Both the position numbers and the translations under genes were made by a program. The notes under the pieces were generated by a model that saw only the letters and a list, made by a program, of their open reading frames with translations, searched no databases and was not told the origin of the DNA. A DNA stretch of 63,899 bases, filler included, from Octopus bimaculoides (lineage: Eukaryota), in NCBI RefSeq assembly GCF_001194135.2. It is 4 parts of 4 records of this genome, joined end to end, with 100 filler letters (N's around TTAATTAATTAA, not from the genome) between each part and the next. Parts side by side here need not be neighbours in the genome. Positions count along the whole stretch, not along the records: positions 51,425 to 62,216 come from NC_068984.1; positions 62,317 to 63,899 come from NW_026308938.1; 2 more parts are not named here. One strand, written 5' to 3'. Shown one piece after another: positions 53,393 through 63,899 of this stretch (position 1 is the stretch's first letter; every line of letters starts with the position of its first letter).

Positions 53393-55922
53393 AGTTATTT
53401 CTTCTTTTGATCTTAGTCACGGGTGTTTACGTTTACACAACCACCACGAAGATTTATGATTTATTATTTTTTTTTCCTTAAATACCGTGTTATATTCAAT
53501 ATTTACTTAAACTTAGAAATAGCCACCAAATTTACTGCAAATTCCCATCATGCCACTATAAAAAAAATGTACGTGTTGAATAATGTCGTTCTAGATACAT
53601 TTTCTGGAAGTGAGATGGGATGGTCATTGCTAGAGCACTTTTGAACATCCGTCTTGCTCCGTTCAGAGTTAACCTGGGGCTAAAATGCGAAAAGAAACTT
53701 CAACAACAAAGTCTCCGTTTTCTTCTAATTCCATTGAAACTGTGAATGCTGATTCTCATGAATAAAGATTTACTTCAGACATTCTCAGATATCTAGTAGT
53801 GAATATATATCTTGTTATGTCTTAGATATAATTAAATATTCTGACCGTGTCGTTACATCCGCTAAATGTTTAAGTTTTATCGGTTTTTCTCTTACGTGGA
53901 TGCGCTCTTGAATAACATTCAGCTGTGCTTTTCTCACACGACACAGGTTTAAAATGAAGATCACAAAAACAAATAGTTTTCCTTCATTCAACCATGAAGT
54001 GACCATAGCAACGAGACGATCGCTTCATGTATTGTCTAAGAATTAAATAATTCTGAGAGCATCAATTGCAAAAAAAATAACCACTCATTTATTATATTTA
54101 CATTATACGTCCTTCTGGCGTAAAACAAAAGTGGTAAGGGCAAAATACACAATTGGAAAAGTAAATAAAAATGTCATGTATGAAGACTGTCGTAGAATTC
54201 ATTAAATATTTTGTACTTTTGGGAGTTGTCTTTACTATAATGATTCGTAAACTGAACATATTTTCTCGGAACAAAGCCTCTGATGAATTGAATTTTCTCA
54301 TTAGCCATAACAAAAGCGCTCGCTTTTAATTATATGCATCCATATTGGTGTAAAGTTTACTACTTTTCATTTTGACTTATAATAAAAGTTGGTGGTCTTT
54401 GGCAAAATACAAATGAAAAAGTAAAAAACAGCGAATTATCGAAAATGAATGTGATTTATTTAATACAACTGCAATCATTCAGAAATATAGAAAAGCTGTA
54501 AAACATTGGCAGATTTTCAAAATATAGATTTCACATATATGTTACTTCGATGTTTTTTTAGAAGTAATTACAGAGAATATGACAGCAGAAACAGTGAAGT
54601 TGACAACCAGTAATTTGAACTGTTTAGTACTTCTGATTGACAAATGACAGCGATGAAATCTCAAATCAGTTGATAAGACACGATAAGCCATAATTGATTT
54701 CTATCTGACTTCTACATAACAATAACATGATTTTCGTGTCGAAGCAAGTATAATTTATCAGATATCAATTGAGATTTTGCAACGTATGGAGAGTATTTGA
54801 CGTCAAGAAGACTTGTGAAACTGTATTTTTACAAGTTGGTCTTGTGTTTTCGTTCGTTTGGAAGTAGATAAGGAGAATCATAAGGGTACTTAGAAATAAT
54901 TTATAATGTTGTAAGTTGTAAGCATTTACGCTGGTTATTGAGGTCGGGATCTTGGTTGCCAATATCTCCGTGACTTGTAACGCCTTCGAGTGGTTTTTAT
55001 CTGATTTCATATACTATAAATGATGTTTTGTCTTGACTGTAACAATAGCGTTTCAAGCTTTTAATAACAATATAATAATAGAATATTATTATCAGGAATG
55101 TAGTTAGTGATTTCAGGAAAGATACTTTGTAAAGAAGCTCCATTCTTGAACAACTCAGAAATAAGGTTTATATAGAAATAGAATTTGAACTTGACTCAGA
55201 GCTAAATGTTTCAATTACTGTTGCCTCTATAAGTTTTGTATCATTCAACAGATTAAACGAAAGAAATTTAAACATATTTTGAAAGCTTTCGTGTACTAAA
55301 AAATATCGCCTCTCTTAAAATAACGCATAAAATATTAAAAAAAGTAATATATGAATCAAATACCTATCGTACATTCAAAATACTTTCCATCTAGTTAACG
55401 GCATTACTGTTGTGGATTTTTTAACGAAAAGTATTATTGAAGATGATGGATAAAGAGAAGTTGAATGTAAAAAAAAACAAAGCTATTTGTAACGAACCCT
55501 TTAATCGGATGTTTAAAGATCTATGATCATACTAATATATATTGTTTAGTTTAGCATAGTGATAATAGAATTGTTTGAAGTTGGAGTGCTCCTTTCGTGG
55601 TTCTCGTGAAGGACTTAAATTAAGCTTATGTAAGAGCTTTACATAGTACTCTCGCAGATATTTATAGCTTTGTTAACTAAGACAGTATGAGGTTTGTGTG
55701 TTGGCCGTGGATCAAAACATTGCGTTAATGAGGGTGCAATGTGCTGAGGTACGTCCCGATTACCTATTGGCTTACCCATCAACGAATTTTTTTAATTTAT
55801 ATTAATGGTTAGAAACGTATATATTGTTTGTAAAGAATAAAAAGTTTACAATGGTACAACAATGCACTATAAAACAAAAAAAATGGACTATATACCTGTT
55901 GTAATTTGGTTATCTATAGTCC

Positions 55923-55958
55923 GATGATATTTCGGAATTACAATTCCTTCTTCAGATT
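55923..55958 (-). ncRNA. Minimal type I hammerhead-ribozyme-like motif (Penelope-LTR type)
   Basis: Minus strand aat-CTGAAGA-a-ggaat(tgta)attcc-GAAA-ta-TC-atc; the core is intact but stem I has only 2 bp. Confidence 0.5.
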
Positions 55959-56223
55959 TTCTTAGATGGAGTCTCTGAAATGCGCGTCAGCCTTGATCAA
56001 CTATTATTCCATCTGTCTGCTTCCTCTTCAAGATAACTGGGTGTAAATGGAGGAAGATTTGACTATTACCTTTAGCGAGTCGAGATTTGACACAAAAGCT
56101 CCCACTTTGGCTTGTGAGAGTACATACTGTTGCTGTTGTTATTGTTGCTGTTGAATCCCAGGTTAGCTTTGATAAAGTAGATCTATGGTCAAAGACCTCC
56201 GCCTGCAGCCATTACAACTCTCT

Positions 56224-56259
<36 letters not shown>

Positions 56260-56432
56260 GAGCTATGTGTATTTAAGACTACATAATGCAATGAGTCCCT
56301 CTGTTTTTAAGACAGTTGCCTGGTGAGAGCATATTATTTTTATTGTTTAAACCCCGAGCTAGATCTCATTAAGTAGGCATACGAGTAGTAAAGTACATTA
56401 TCCAACGAATCCTTCCATATATTGGCTCTCTT

Positions 56433-56653
56433 ACATTATTCACATTTCACAGATATATGTCCTCATCTTGTTTGTTGTTAACACAACGTTTCGGTTGATA
56501 TGAGAACCCAGGTTCGAAATTTCCCCAAGACACCTGATCAAGGCTGGAGGGTATATCAGCCGAAACGTTGTATTAACAACAAACAAGATGAGGACAAATA
56601 TCCGTCAAATGTAAATAATGTACATAATTCCTCATCTCTTAAATATAGAACTC
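56433..56653. mobile_element. Short Penelope-LTR-like insertion with 70-nt inverted arms, degenerate hammerhead motif and 13-bp TSD
   Basis: Arms 56432-56501 / 56553-56622; TATTGGCTCTCTT at 56420-56432 and 56654-56666; gacac-CTGATCA-a-ggctg..cagcc-GAAA-cg-TT. Confidence 0.7.
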
Positions 56654-57439
56654 TATTGGCTCTCTTGTTTCGTGAGAAGGTATATGAAACATATGATGCA
56701 ACAGAATGTATTGGTGGTCTAGAGATTTTGCGTTAAGATCGTGATAAAACAAGTCCATCAATGTTTTTTTTTTCTCAATTGCATTAAAAAAACACTTCTA
56801 CAACAAAGAAAATTTCGCAGAAAAAAATGCATAAAACTCTGAATTTTTCACGACACATTTCTCATTTCCTTTACCCTGTAGCTTTGAAGATTGGTGCCTA
56901 ATAAAATCATTAATAGGTTCCTGATTAAAATAATCTTTGAGCAGGAGTCGGGCATAATAATATTAATAGTTTCCTTCTTAAAACGTTGCAGAGAAAATTT
57001 TCATAATAAATTCGGCCCCTTAGGTTTTAATTCTAATTTGAAAAAAAAAAAATGAATAAAAAAATTTTAATTAAATTCCAATATTTTAATCAACAATACA
57101 TACCATCTGTCGGCTGTGGTATTCATTTATATGCTTTTGTTAAAATACTATAGTATAACTAACACATGAAAGCAACAAATGAACAAAGAAAAGGCAATTA
57201 AATTTAGAGAAGCTCTCCACAAAAAGATATTTAAAAAAGTTATTTTATAGAATTAAAATTAAATCCAGCAGTAGCAGTATTATTTCTATTACAGATCCAA
57301 TTAATTTATTAATTTAGAATTTCTTTAATAGCTAGTATTTTTACATTTTTGTAAACATTTCTCAATGTTTTTAAGTCTCTCCCGATTATATGTAAGTGTG
57401 TGTGTGTGTGCGTATGAATTGTGTGTGTGTGTCTTTGTG

Positions 57440-57575
57440 CATGTGTTTGTTCCTCCCACTAATGGACAAACGCTGTTGACTTGTTCATGTCGCTATTGCT
57501 TAGCACTTCGACATAAGGGAAGATAGGACATGGTCGCAGTCAAATGACTGAAACCAGTAAAAAGAAAACAAAAGG
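57440..57575 (+). mobile_element. SINE family A 3' tail, diverged
   Basis: catggtcgcagtcaaatgactgaaaccagtaaaa. Confidence 0.6.
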
Positions 57576-57632
<57 letters not shown>

Positions 57633-57646
57633 CGATATATATATAT

Positions 57647-57680
<34 letters not shown>

Positions 57681-57795
57681 GTAATATATCTATATATAGG
57701 TATGTAATTGTGGATATGTGAATGCATGTGTGTATTGTGTACGTGTGTATGTATGTATGTATATACGTATGTATGTATGTGCGTATGTATGTATG

Positions 57796-57831
<36 letters not shown>

Positions 57832-57841
57832 TGTATGTATA

Positions 57842-57965
57842 GGCAGAGAGCTGAGAAATTTGTTGGAGCGTTGGAATGATTGCCTGAAAGTATTCGTTCA
57901 AGTACCGCCGTGTTCAACTATTCCTTATCTTTTCGAGGTCGTAAATAAAGCTTGAGTCCTGTACT
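57842..57965 (+). mobile_element. SINE family B, diverged and internally deleted
   Basis: ggcagagagctg head, tcttttcgaggtcgtaaataaag. Confidence 0.5.
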
Positions 57966-58021
57966 AAGTATTTATTCTTCTCTTTTTCCTTTTTTCCTGT
58001 TTTCTTTCGTCCTTTTTTTCT

Positions 58022-58061
<40 letters not shown>

Positions 58062-58369
58062 ATCTCTATCTCTCTATCTCTCTCTCTCTCTTTCTCCCTC
58101 TCTCTTTCTCTCTCTGAAAGAAACCGGCTATGGTCAGACTTTTAAACGATCAAATAGAATACGTTGTACATCATGACGGTATATGTGTGTGTATGTGTAA
58201 AAATTGGATTATATAGAAATATGGAAATAATTCTCTTATGGCGAGAAAAATAAGTTAGCCCTGAAGGAGAATATTCACCTCTTTAATTTCTCAGTAATGC
58301 GTCTATCTACTCCTCTTACTCAGTAAGCAACTATAAAAGCAGTAACAACAATAGGTTCAAATCAAACAT

Positions 58370-58625
58370 ATATACTCTCTTTTTACTCTTTTACTTGTTT
58401 CAGTCATTTGACTGCGGCCATGCTGGAGCACTGCCTTTAGTCGAGCAAATCGACCAAAGGACTTATTCTTTGGAAGCCTAGTACTTATTCTATCGGTCTC
58501 TTTTGCCGAACCGCTAAGTTACGGGGACGTAAACACACTAACATCGATTGTCAAGTGATTGTTGGGAGACAAACACAGACACAAAGACACACACACACAC
58601 ATACATACACATATATACGACAGGC
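58370..58625 (-). mobile_element. SINE family A (tail + internal CA repeat; head presumably in the following gap)
   Basis: Ends at tatacgacaggc, which matches the junction sequence tatacgacgggc at 61019-61030 that leads into the head. Confidence 0.9.
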
Positions 58626-58769
58626 NNNNNNNNNNNNNNNNNNNNNNNNNNNNNNNNNNNNNNNNNNNNNNNNNNNNNNNNNNNNNNNNNNNNNNNNNNN
58701 NNNNNNNNNNNNNNNNNNNNNNNNNNNNNNNNNNNNNNNNNNNNNNNNNNNNNNNNNNAACATATATAC

Positions 58770-59040
58770 TCTCTTTTTACTCTTTTACTTGTTTCAGTCA
58801 TTTGACTGCGGCCATGCTGGAGCACCGCCTTTAGTCGCACAAATCGACCCCAGGACTTATTCTTTGTAAGCCTAGTACTTATCCTAACGGTCGTTTTTGC
58901 TGAGCCGCTAAGTTACGGGGACGTAAACATTCCAATAACGGTTGTCAAACGATGGTGGGGGAACAAACACAGACACACAAACATAAAAAAACACACACAG
59001 ACACATACACACACACAGACACATACACACACAGACACAT

Positions 59041-59071
<31 letters not shown>
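58770..59071 (-). mobile_element. SINE family A 3' half, split by the Helitron
   Basis: Tail and (CA)n/(TA)n linker end at the Helitron 5' TC. Confidence 0.88.
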
Positions 59072-59072
<1 letters not shown>

Positions 59073-59418
59073 CTAATATATAAAATAGAGATGTATGTGT
59101 ATTCGCGTTTAACGCGAAAACGGTTTCACCAATTGCTTTCATACTAATGATGGAGGACAAATAATAGGCTCTTCATTTGATTTTTTTTAATCAAAAATAA
59201 AAAATATTGCTTTTTATATTACATTCACGTCTTTGAAAGTTAAAATATTTACTTCCTGTTTTCTAGCCTCATTGACGTAACATATCTCTCTATTTATATC
59301 TCTCAATCCATCTCTCTCNNNNNNNNNNNNNNNNNNNNNNNNNNNNNNNNNNNNNNNNNNNNNNNNNNNNNNNNNNNNNNNNNNNNNNNNNNNNNNNNNN
59401 NNNNNNNNNNNNNNNNNN

Positions 59419-60451
59419 GGCAACAATGTCCCATAAGGCAGCCTTTGAAGCGCTTGATAGAACACTACTAGACTTGAGAAACAATAAGAAGAGTATGGGT
59501 GGTGTCACCCTCCTCATGGCTGGTGACTTCAGGCAAACGCTGCCTGTCATTCCCAGAGGAACCAGGGCAGATGAGCTGAGAGCTTGCATCAAGTCCTCAT
59601 ATATCTGGCAACATGTTAAGCAGCTTACTCTGACAACCAACATGAGGGTTCACATTCATGGTGATCCGTTAGCCGCACAGTTCTCCAACAAGTTACTTGA
59701 CATTGGAAATGAAAAACTTCCACAAGATCCAGAAGATAGTCTTCACCATCTCCCATGTGGCAATATGACTGCCTCCCTTGAAGAACTAAAGAGCAAAGTG
59801 TTTCCAAACATTGCCACAAACTATAAAAGTCACAAGTGGCTATGTGAAAGAACAATTCTGGCACCAAGGAATGATGCTGTAGACAAGTTGAATCTAAATT
59901 TGTTAACTCAGCTTCCAGGACCTGAATTTTCATACAGATCAATTAATTCTGTCCCTGATCAAGAACAGGAAACGCATTACCCTGTGGAGTTCCTCAATTC
60001 ACTTCAGCCACCAGGATTCCCACCACACGTTCTGATCGTGAAAATAGGTGCTCCCATAACGCTATTAAGAAACCTTGATGCACCCAGACTCTGCAATGGA
60101 ACAAGGTTGGTTGTTAAAACAGCCATGCCCCATGTGTTGGAAGCAACAATAATTACAGGCAACATGATGGGCGAGAATGTCTTCATTCCAAGAATACCTC
60201 TCATTTCAAATTATCTCCCCTTTCAGCTCAAAAGACTGCAGTTTCCGGTCAAACTTAGCTTTGCAATGTCTATCAACAAAGCACAAGGTCAATCTCTAAA
60301 GGTAGTGGGACTTAACCTCCTTCAACCTTGCTTCCTACATGGTCAGCTGTATGTTGGATGTTCTAGAGTTGGAGATGAAAAGAACCTCTACATTCTCGGT
60401 GATAAACATGGCAAGACAGAAAACATAGTATATAAAGAAGCACTTACATGA
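59419..60451 (+). CDS. Helitron RepHel C-terminal PIF1-family (SF1B) helicase domain, 5' end in gap
   Basis: Uninterrupted 341-aa ORF from 59426 with ATMSHK (after the DE motif), GDFRQTLPV, ILAPRN, LCNGTRL, QFPVKLSFAMSINKAQGQSL, HGQLYVGCSRV. Confidence 0.93.
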
Positions 60452-60589
60452 CTAGTATGTACATGTCATATACAGAAGTGTAAAACCATTGAGTGTTAAA
60501 GTATTACTATTACACTTTCACTTTACGACTGATATGCGTGAATGTATATCTCTGTATATAAAAGTGAAACAATAACGTGGTATATTCGC

Positions 60590-60594
<5 letters not shown>

Positions 60595-60682
<88 letters not shown>
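60595..60682. repeat. (TG)n microsatellite inside the Helitron
   Basis: Perfect dinucleotide run. Confidence 0.95.
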
Positions 60683-60685
<3 letters not shown>

Positions 60686-60976
60686 CTACGCACAGCATTT
60701 CATTGTTTTATAATCTGTACCTGTTTTTTGGTTACGAAATAAGTTAGACAAAAGGTGTTTTTGAATTACGTGTATTTACTTTATATATATATGAGTTGAC
60801 AACATTCTTTTCCCATTTCACTTAACGTCTATGTTCCATGCTGGCATGGATTGGAGAGCTATTAATGTAGAAAGTTGGTATCTCAGCTACTAGCAGTTGA
60901 GACCTGCGTAATCTAGGCGGCGTTTTTAAATTACATTATTTTCTTTAACCCAGGCAACGCCGAGCATTTTTGCTAA

Positions 60977-61180
60977 TATATCTATCTATTTATCTTTCTA
61001 TGTGTGTGTGGGGGGTGTATATACGACGGGCTTCTTTCAGTTTCCGTCTACCAAATCTACTCACAACGATTTGGTCGGCCCGAGACTATAGTAGAAGACA
61101 CTTGCCCAAGGTACCACGCAGTGAGACTGAACCCGGAACCATGTGGTTGGTAAGCAAGCTACTTACCACACAGTCACTCC
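60977..61180 (-). mobile_element. SINE family A 5' half (head), continuation of 58770-59071
   Basis: atacgacgggcttctttcagtttccgtctacc...gaagacacttgcccaaggtaccacgcagtgagactgaacccggaaccatgtgg. Confidence 0.9.
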
Positions 61181-61614
61181 TTTTGGACTAATGGGTATAT
61201 GTCAATTAGTGTATTGAGAAAAGCACATTCACAGTTTGGGCTACCTGGTGTCATCCACGGGTTGGGATATATTTCCTCTGGATCTACCTCAGGAATTCCA
61301 CAGTCTTAGTTGAGATAATAATTCATGAAGGAAATAGAAGATAGATTTAGCATTAGTCTTTATACATGGGTCGAAACGATCGTCGTGCTGAATAAAAACC
61401 AGTGCTAAACCTATCTACTGTTTCCCTCGTCAATTATTATATATACACACGCGCGAGCGTACACATACATATATGTATATAGATGAGGGTTCCAGCATGC
61501 TGTGCAGATGATTTAATTACTGTGATCAAATGTTTGTACTGTATATTAGTTCATTCTCTCCATTAAAATTGACATTGCCTGTACAGGTGCATGGTGTGCC
61601 ACACGTCAGGTGTA

Positions 61615-61715
61615 GAAGTGATCGCAGAGCAAGAGTTTTAGTGCAAGAACACAACACAATGCTCAATCCGGGAATCGAAACCCAGATTTGCGATATGTGC
61701 AACACCCTATATATA
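61615..61715 (-). mobile_element. Probable tRNA-derived SINE fragment of a third family
   Basis: Minus strand gggtttcgattcccgga (B-box-like) followed by ttgtgttgtgttcttgcactaaaac. Confidence 0.45.
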
Positions 61716-62260
61716 TTTACTGTGTGAGACAGAAGCAGTGGTTGCTTTATTAAAATTCACTGTCACCGTCATAGTAAAACACTAATTGAAAACTCACTGA
61801 TATTGCCATTCACTTGACGGTTAAATAAAAATTCATACAAAATGTTCCTTTGTATATACAATGTATGGAAGACCGATAGTAGATAAAATTAGCTTGGTAT
61901 GATCATACATACTTACATACATACATACATAGAGCAGTATTAGTAGCGCTTTAATACATGTATCGTGACCGACCGCCAACACCTTATATCCATCTCCTAT
62001 GTTCCTGCCTTTAGGTTTTCACTTCATACACACGAGCTCAATTTCTTTCGTTCTCAGTCAAAAGACACCTGTTGTTATTTCTTGTTTGTATTCGTAATTG
62101 TGTACCATGTTCTCCGTTTTTTGTTTGTTTGTTTTGGGTTTTTTTTTGTTTTTGTTGCCGTACACATTTGCTAGCTTTCTTACAAAAGGATCTAATGCTC
62201 TTAGCTTAGACTTTTTNNNNNNNNNNNNNNNNNNNNNNNNNNNNNNNNNNNNNNNNNNNN

Positions 62261-62272
62261 TTAATTAATTAA
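62261..62272. other. Artificial scaffold-join linker
   Basis: 44 N + TTAATTAATTAA + 44 N. Confidence 0.9.
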
Positions 62273-62783
62273 NNNNNNNNNNNNNNNNNNNNNNNNNNNN
62301 NNNNNNNNNNNNNNNNTACATACACGCATACATACATACATACATACATACATACATACATGCATAGTCATACAGATAGACAGATGGGTAGAGGGTAAGA
62401 GAGAGACAAGGGATATCCACCTTCCTATTCACCATTCATTCATTTATAAAATTATTTTTTCCTTTTACAGTTGTATTGGAATGAGTTTAAGGATAACTCT
62501 TCAAAATTAAAAATGAAAATACAAACAATTGTTTCGTAAGTGTTTCGTAAGTGTTATACTAATGTTCTCTAACGCAAGATCACGGAATTGAAAGAGGCGT
62601 GATCGAGGTTACACAGTATAAACATGGACATATTCCCAACCACAAACACACATACATACATACAAAAACATGCACACTCACCGACATACACTTCAACAAG
62701 GAATCCTCCCTAAAATTGAATGTCTGAAGGTAAAGTGGAGAATTTGAATTCTTTATTCCAAATGTGGCTCATCTCTACAAATG

Positions 62784-62838
<55 letters not shown>

Positions 62839-63212
62839 GTGTGTATGTGTATATATATTCGGTTTATTTTATTTACTGATTAATTTTTCAAATTGTTAAT
62901 TTGTAAATATTATACTAATGTATCTTCATGCAGAACTACACTTAATCCAAAAATTATCTCTAAAAATGAATGTTTGGAAGGGATATATTCTAAATATAAC
63001 TCAAAGAGGAGGGAAAGAAAGAAAGGAGGGAAAAGGAAGGAAAAAGAAGGATAGAAAGAAAGCAAAAAGACTGTCAGTGATGACCAAGCTACATGAGTTT
63101 TTTTTTGTTTTTTTTGAAGAGGTCACCATTCTCTTATATATATATACCGGAGTAAGCACATTAATTTGAAACAAGGTGGAAAAAAGAGTACTCAAAAACA
63201 AGAGGTAGAGTA

Positions 63213-63379
63213 ATATGCTTTATTTAAAAGCAGCAGAAATATAACAAAAGGTGTTACTCAGAGTTTCACGTTCCCGTTCATCGGACAGTTCTTTTTTTTT
63301 AACAAAGCCTGTCCGACGAACAGGAACGTGAAACTCTGACTAACAGCTTTTGTTATATTTCTGTTGCTTTTAAATAAAG

Positions 63380-63384
<5 letters not shown>
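63213..63384. mobile_element. 76-nt inverted repeat, each arm carrying a type I hammerhead-like motif (Penelope-LTR-like)
   Basis: Arms 63213-63288 and 63309-63384 (6 mismatches); minus-strand motif tgt-CCGATGA-acg(ggaa)cgt-GAA-actc(t)gagt-A-aca. Confidence 0.7.
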
Positions 63385-63411
<27 letters not shown>

Positions 63412-63568
63412 GAGAGAGAGAGAGAGAGAGAGATTATGAGAGGTAATAGTGTCAGTAAGACCCAAAGGTGTCAGGTAATGCTCAGTAAGTACTATGAAAG
63501 TAGGGATGGGGAGATGAAGGTGATAGAGAGAGAGAAAGGTATAAGAGTGTAAAAAGATAGAAGGAATG

Positions 63569-63603
<35 letters not shown>

Positions 63604-63899
63604 AGTAATTCCTCTCTTCCTGTTTTCGATTTGACCTTACAAATACATTCCCTACTTTTAGTTCACTTTAAATAAAACCGTTGATTCAATAGCACTGTAT
63701 ACAAACTATATACTTGAAATGACCAATTTTAAAGACTATTGGAATTTATTCACAAGGTATTGGAATCTTATATGTATACCATTCTGCCTAAATAATGGAT
63801 CTACAAATGCAATATCTCTGCATACCTCACATCTGTTTCATTCGTCCACTTCACTCTCTATTTCGTATCTTATATAAATAAACTATTGCTTAACTTGTT

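Larger units (their letters stand above)
59072..60976 (+). mobile_element. Helitron (rolling-circle transposon), probably non-autonomous or partly in the gap
   Basis: 5' A|TCTAATATATAAAA; 3' imperfect hairpin CCAGGC-AAC-GCCGAG followed by CTAA|T (CTRR); inserted between A and T; flanks rejoin into one SINE; carries a PIF1 helicase ORF. Confidence 0.8.

Noticed and set aside
58370-59071. Tandem near-identical repeats as CRISPR array or false haplotype duplication
   Set aside because: Two SINE copies with many substitutions; no spacer structure, eukaryotic context
59426-60451. Host PIF1 gene
   Set aside because: Intronless, bounded by Helitron termini and nested in a SINE, so it is transposon-encoded
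61360-61390. GAAACGATCGTC, resembling the 3' half of a hammerhead
   Set aside because: No CUGANGA or stem II upstream

Overview
Eukaryotic, AT-rich, non-genic DNA saturated with microsatellites and decayed transposable elements. The repeat families resemble those I recall from octopus (coleoid cephalopod) genomes; this is an inference and no search was run. I cannot support any host protein-coding exon, true tRNA/rRNA gene or CRISPR array. Almost all listed ORFs are translated microsatellites or N-gaps. Recognisable content: a Gypsy integrase tail; mariner, Tc1 and maT (DD37D-like) relics; L1/Tx1, RTE, CR1/L2-like, R4/Dong-like and Penelope-like retroelement relics; two tRNA-derived SINE families in many copies; a long foldback MITE; and a Helitron with an uninterrupted PIF1-type helicase C-terminal ORF nested inside a SINE. 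The most interesting unexplained signal is a set of short Penelope-LTR-like modules carrying minimal type I hammerhead-ribozyme-like motifs, two of them arranged as long inverted repeats. A SINE 3' tail also matches the 3' end of a CR1/L2-like LINE in the same window. Three identical 44N-TTAATTAATTAA-44N spacers are artificial scaffold joins, so the window is not proven to be one contiguous locus. I do not see a clearly new multi-gene system.
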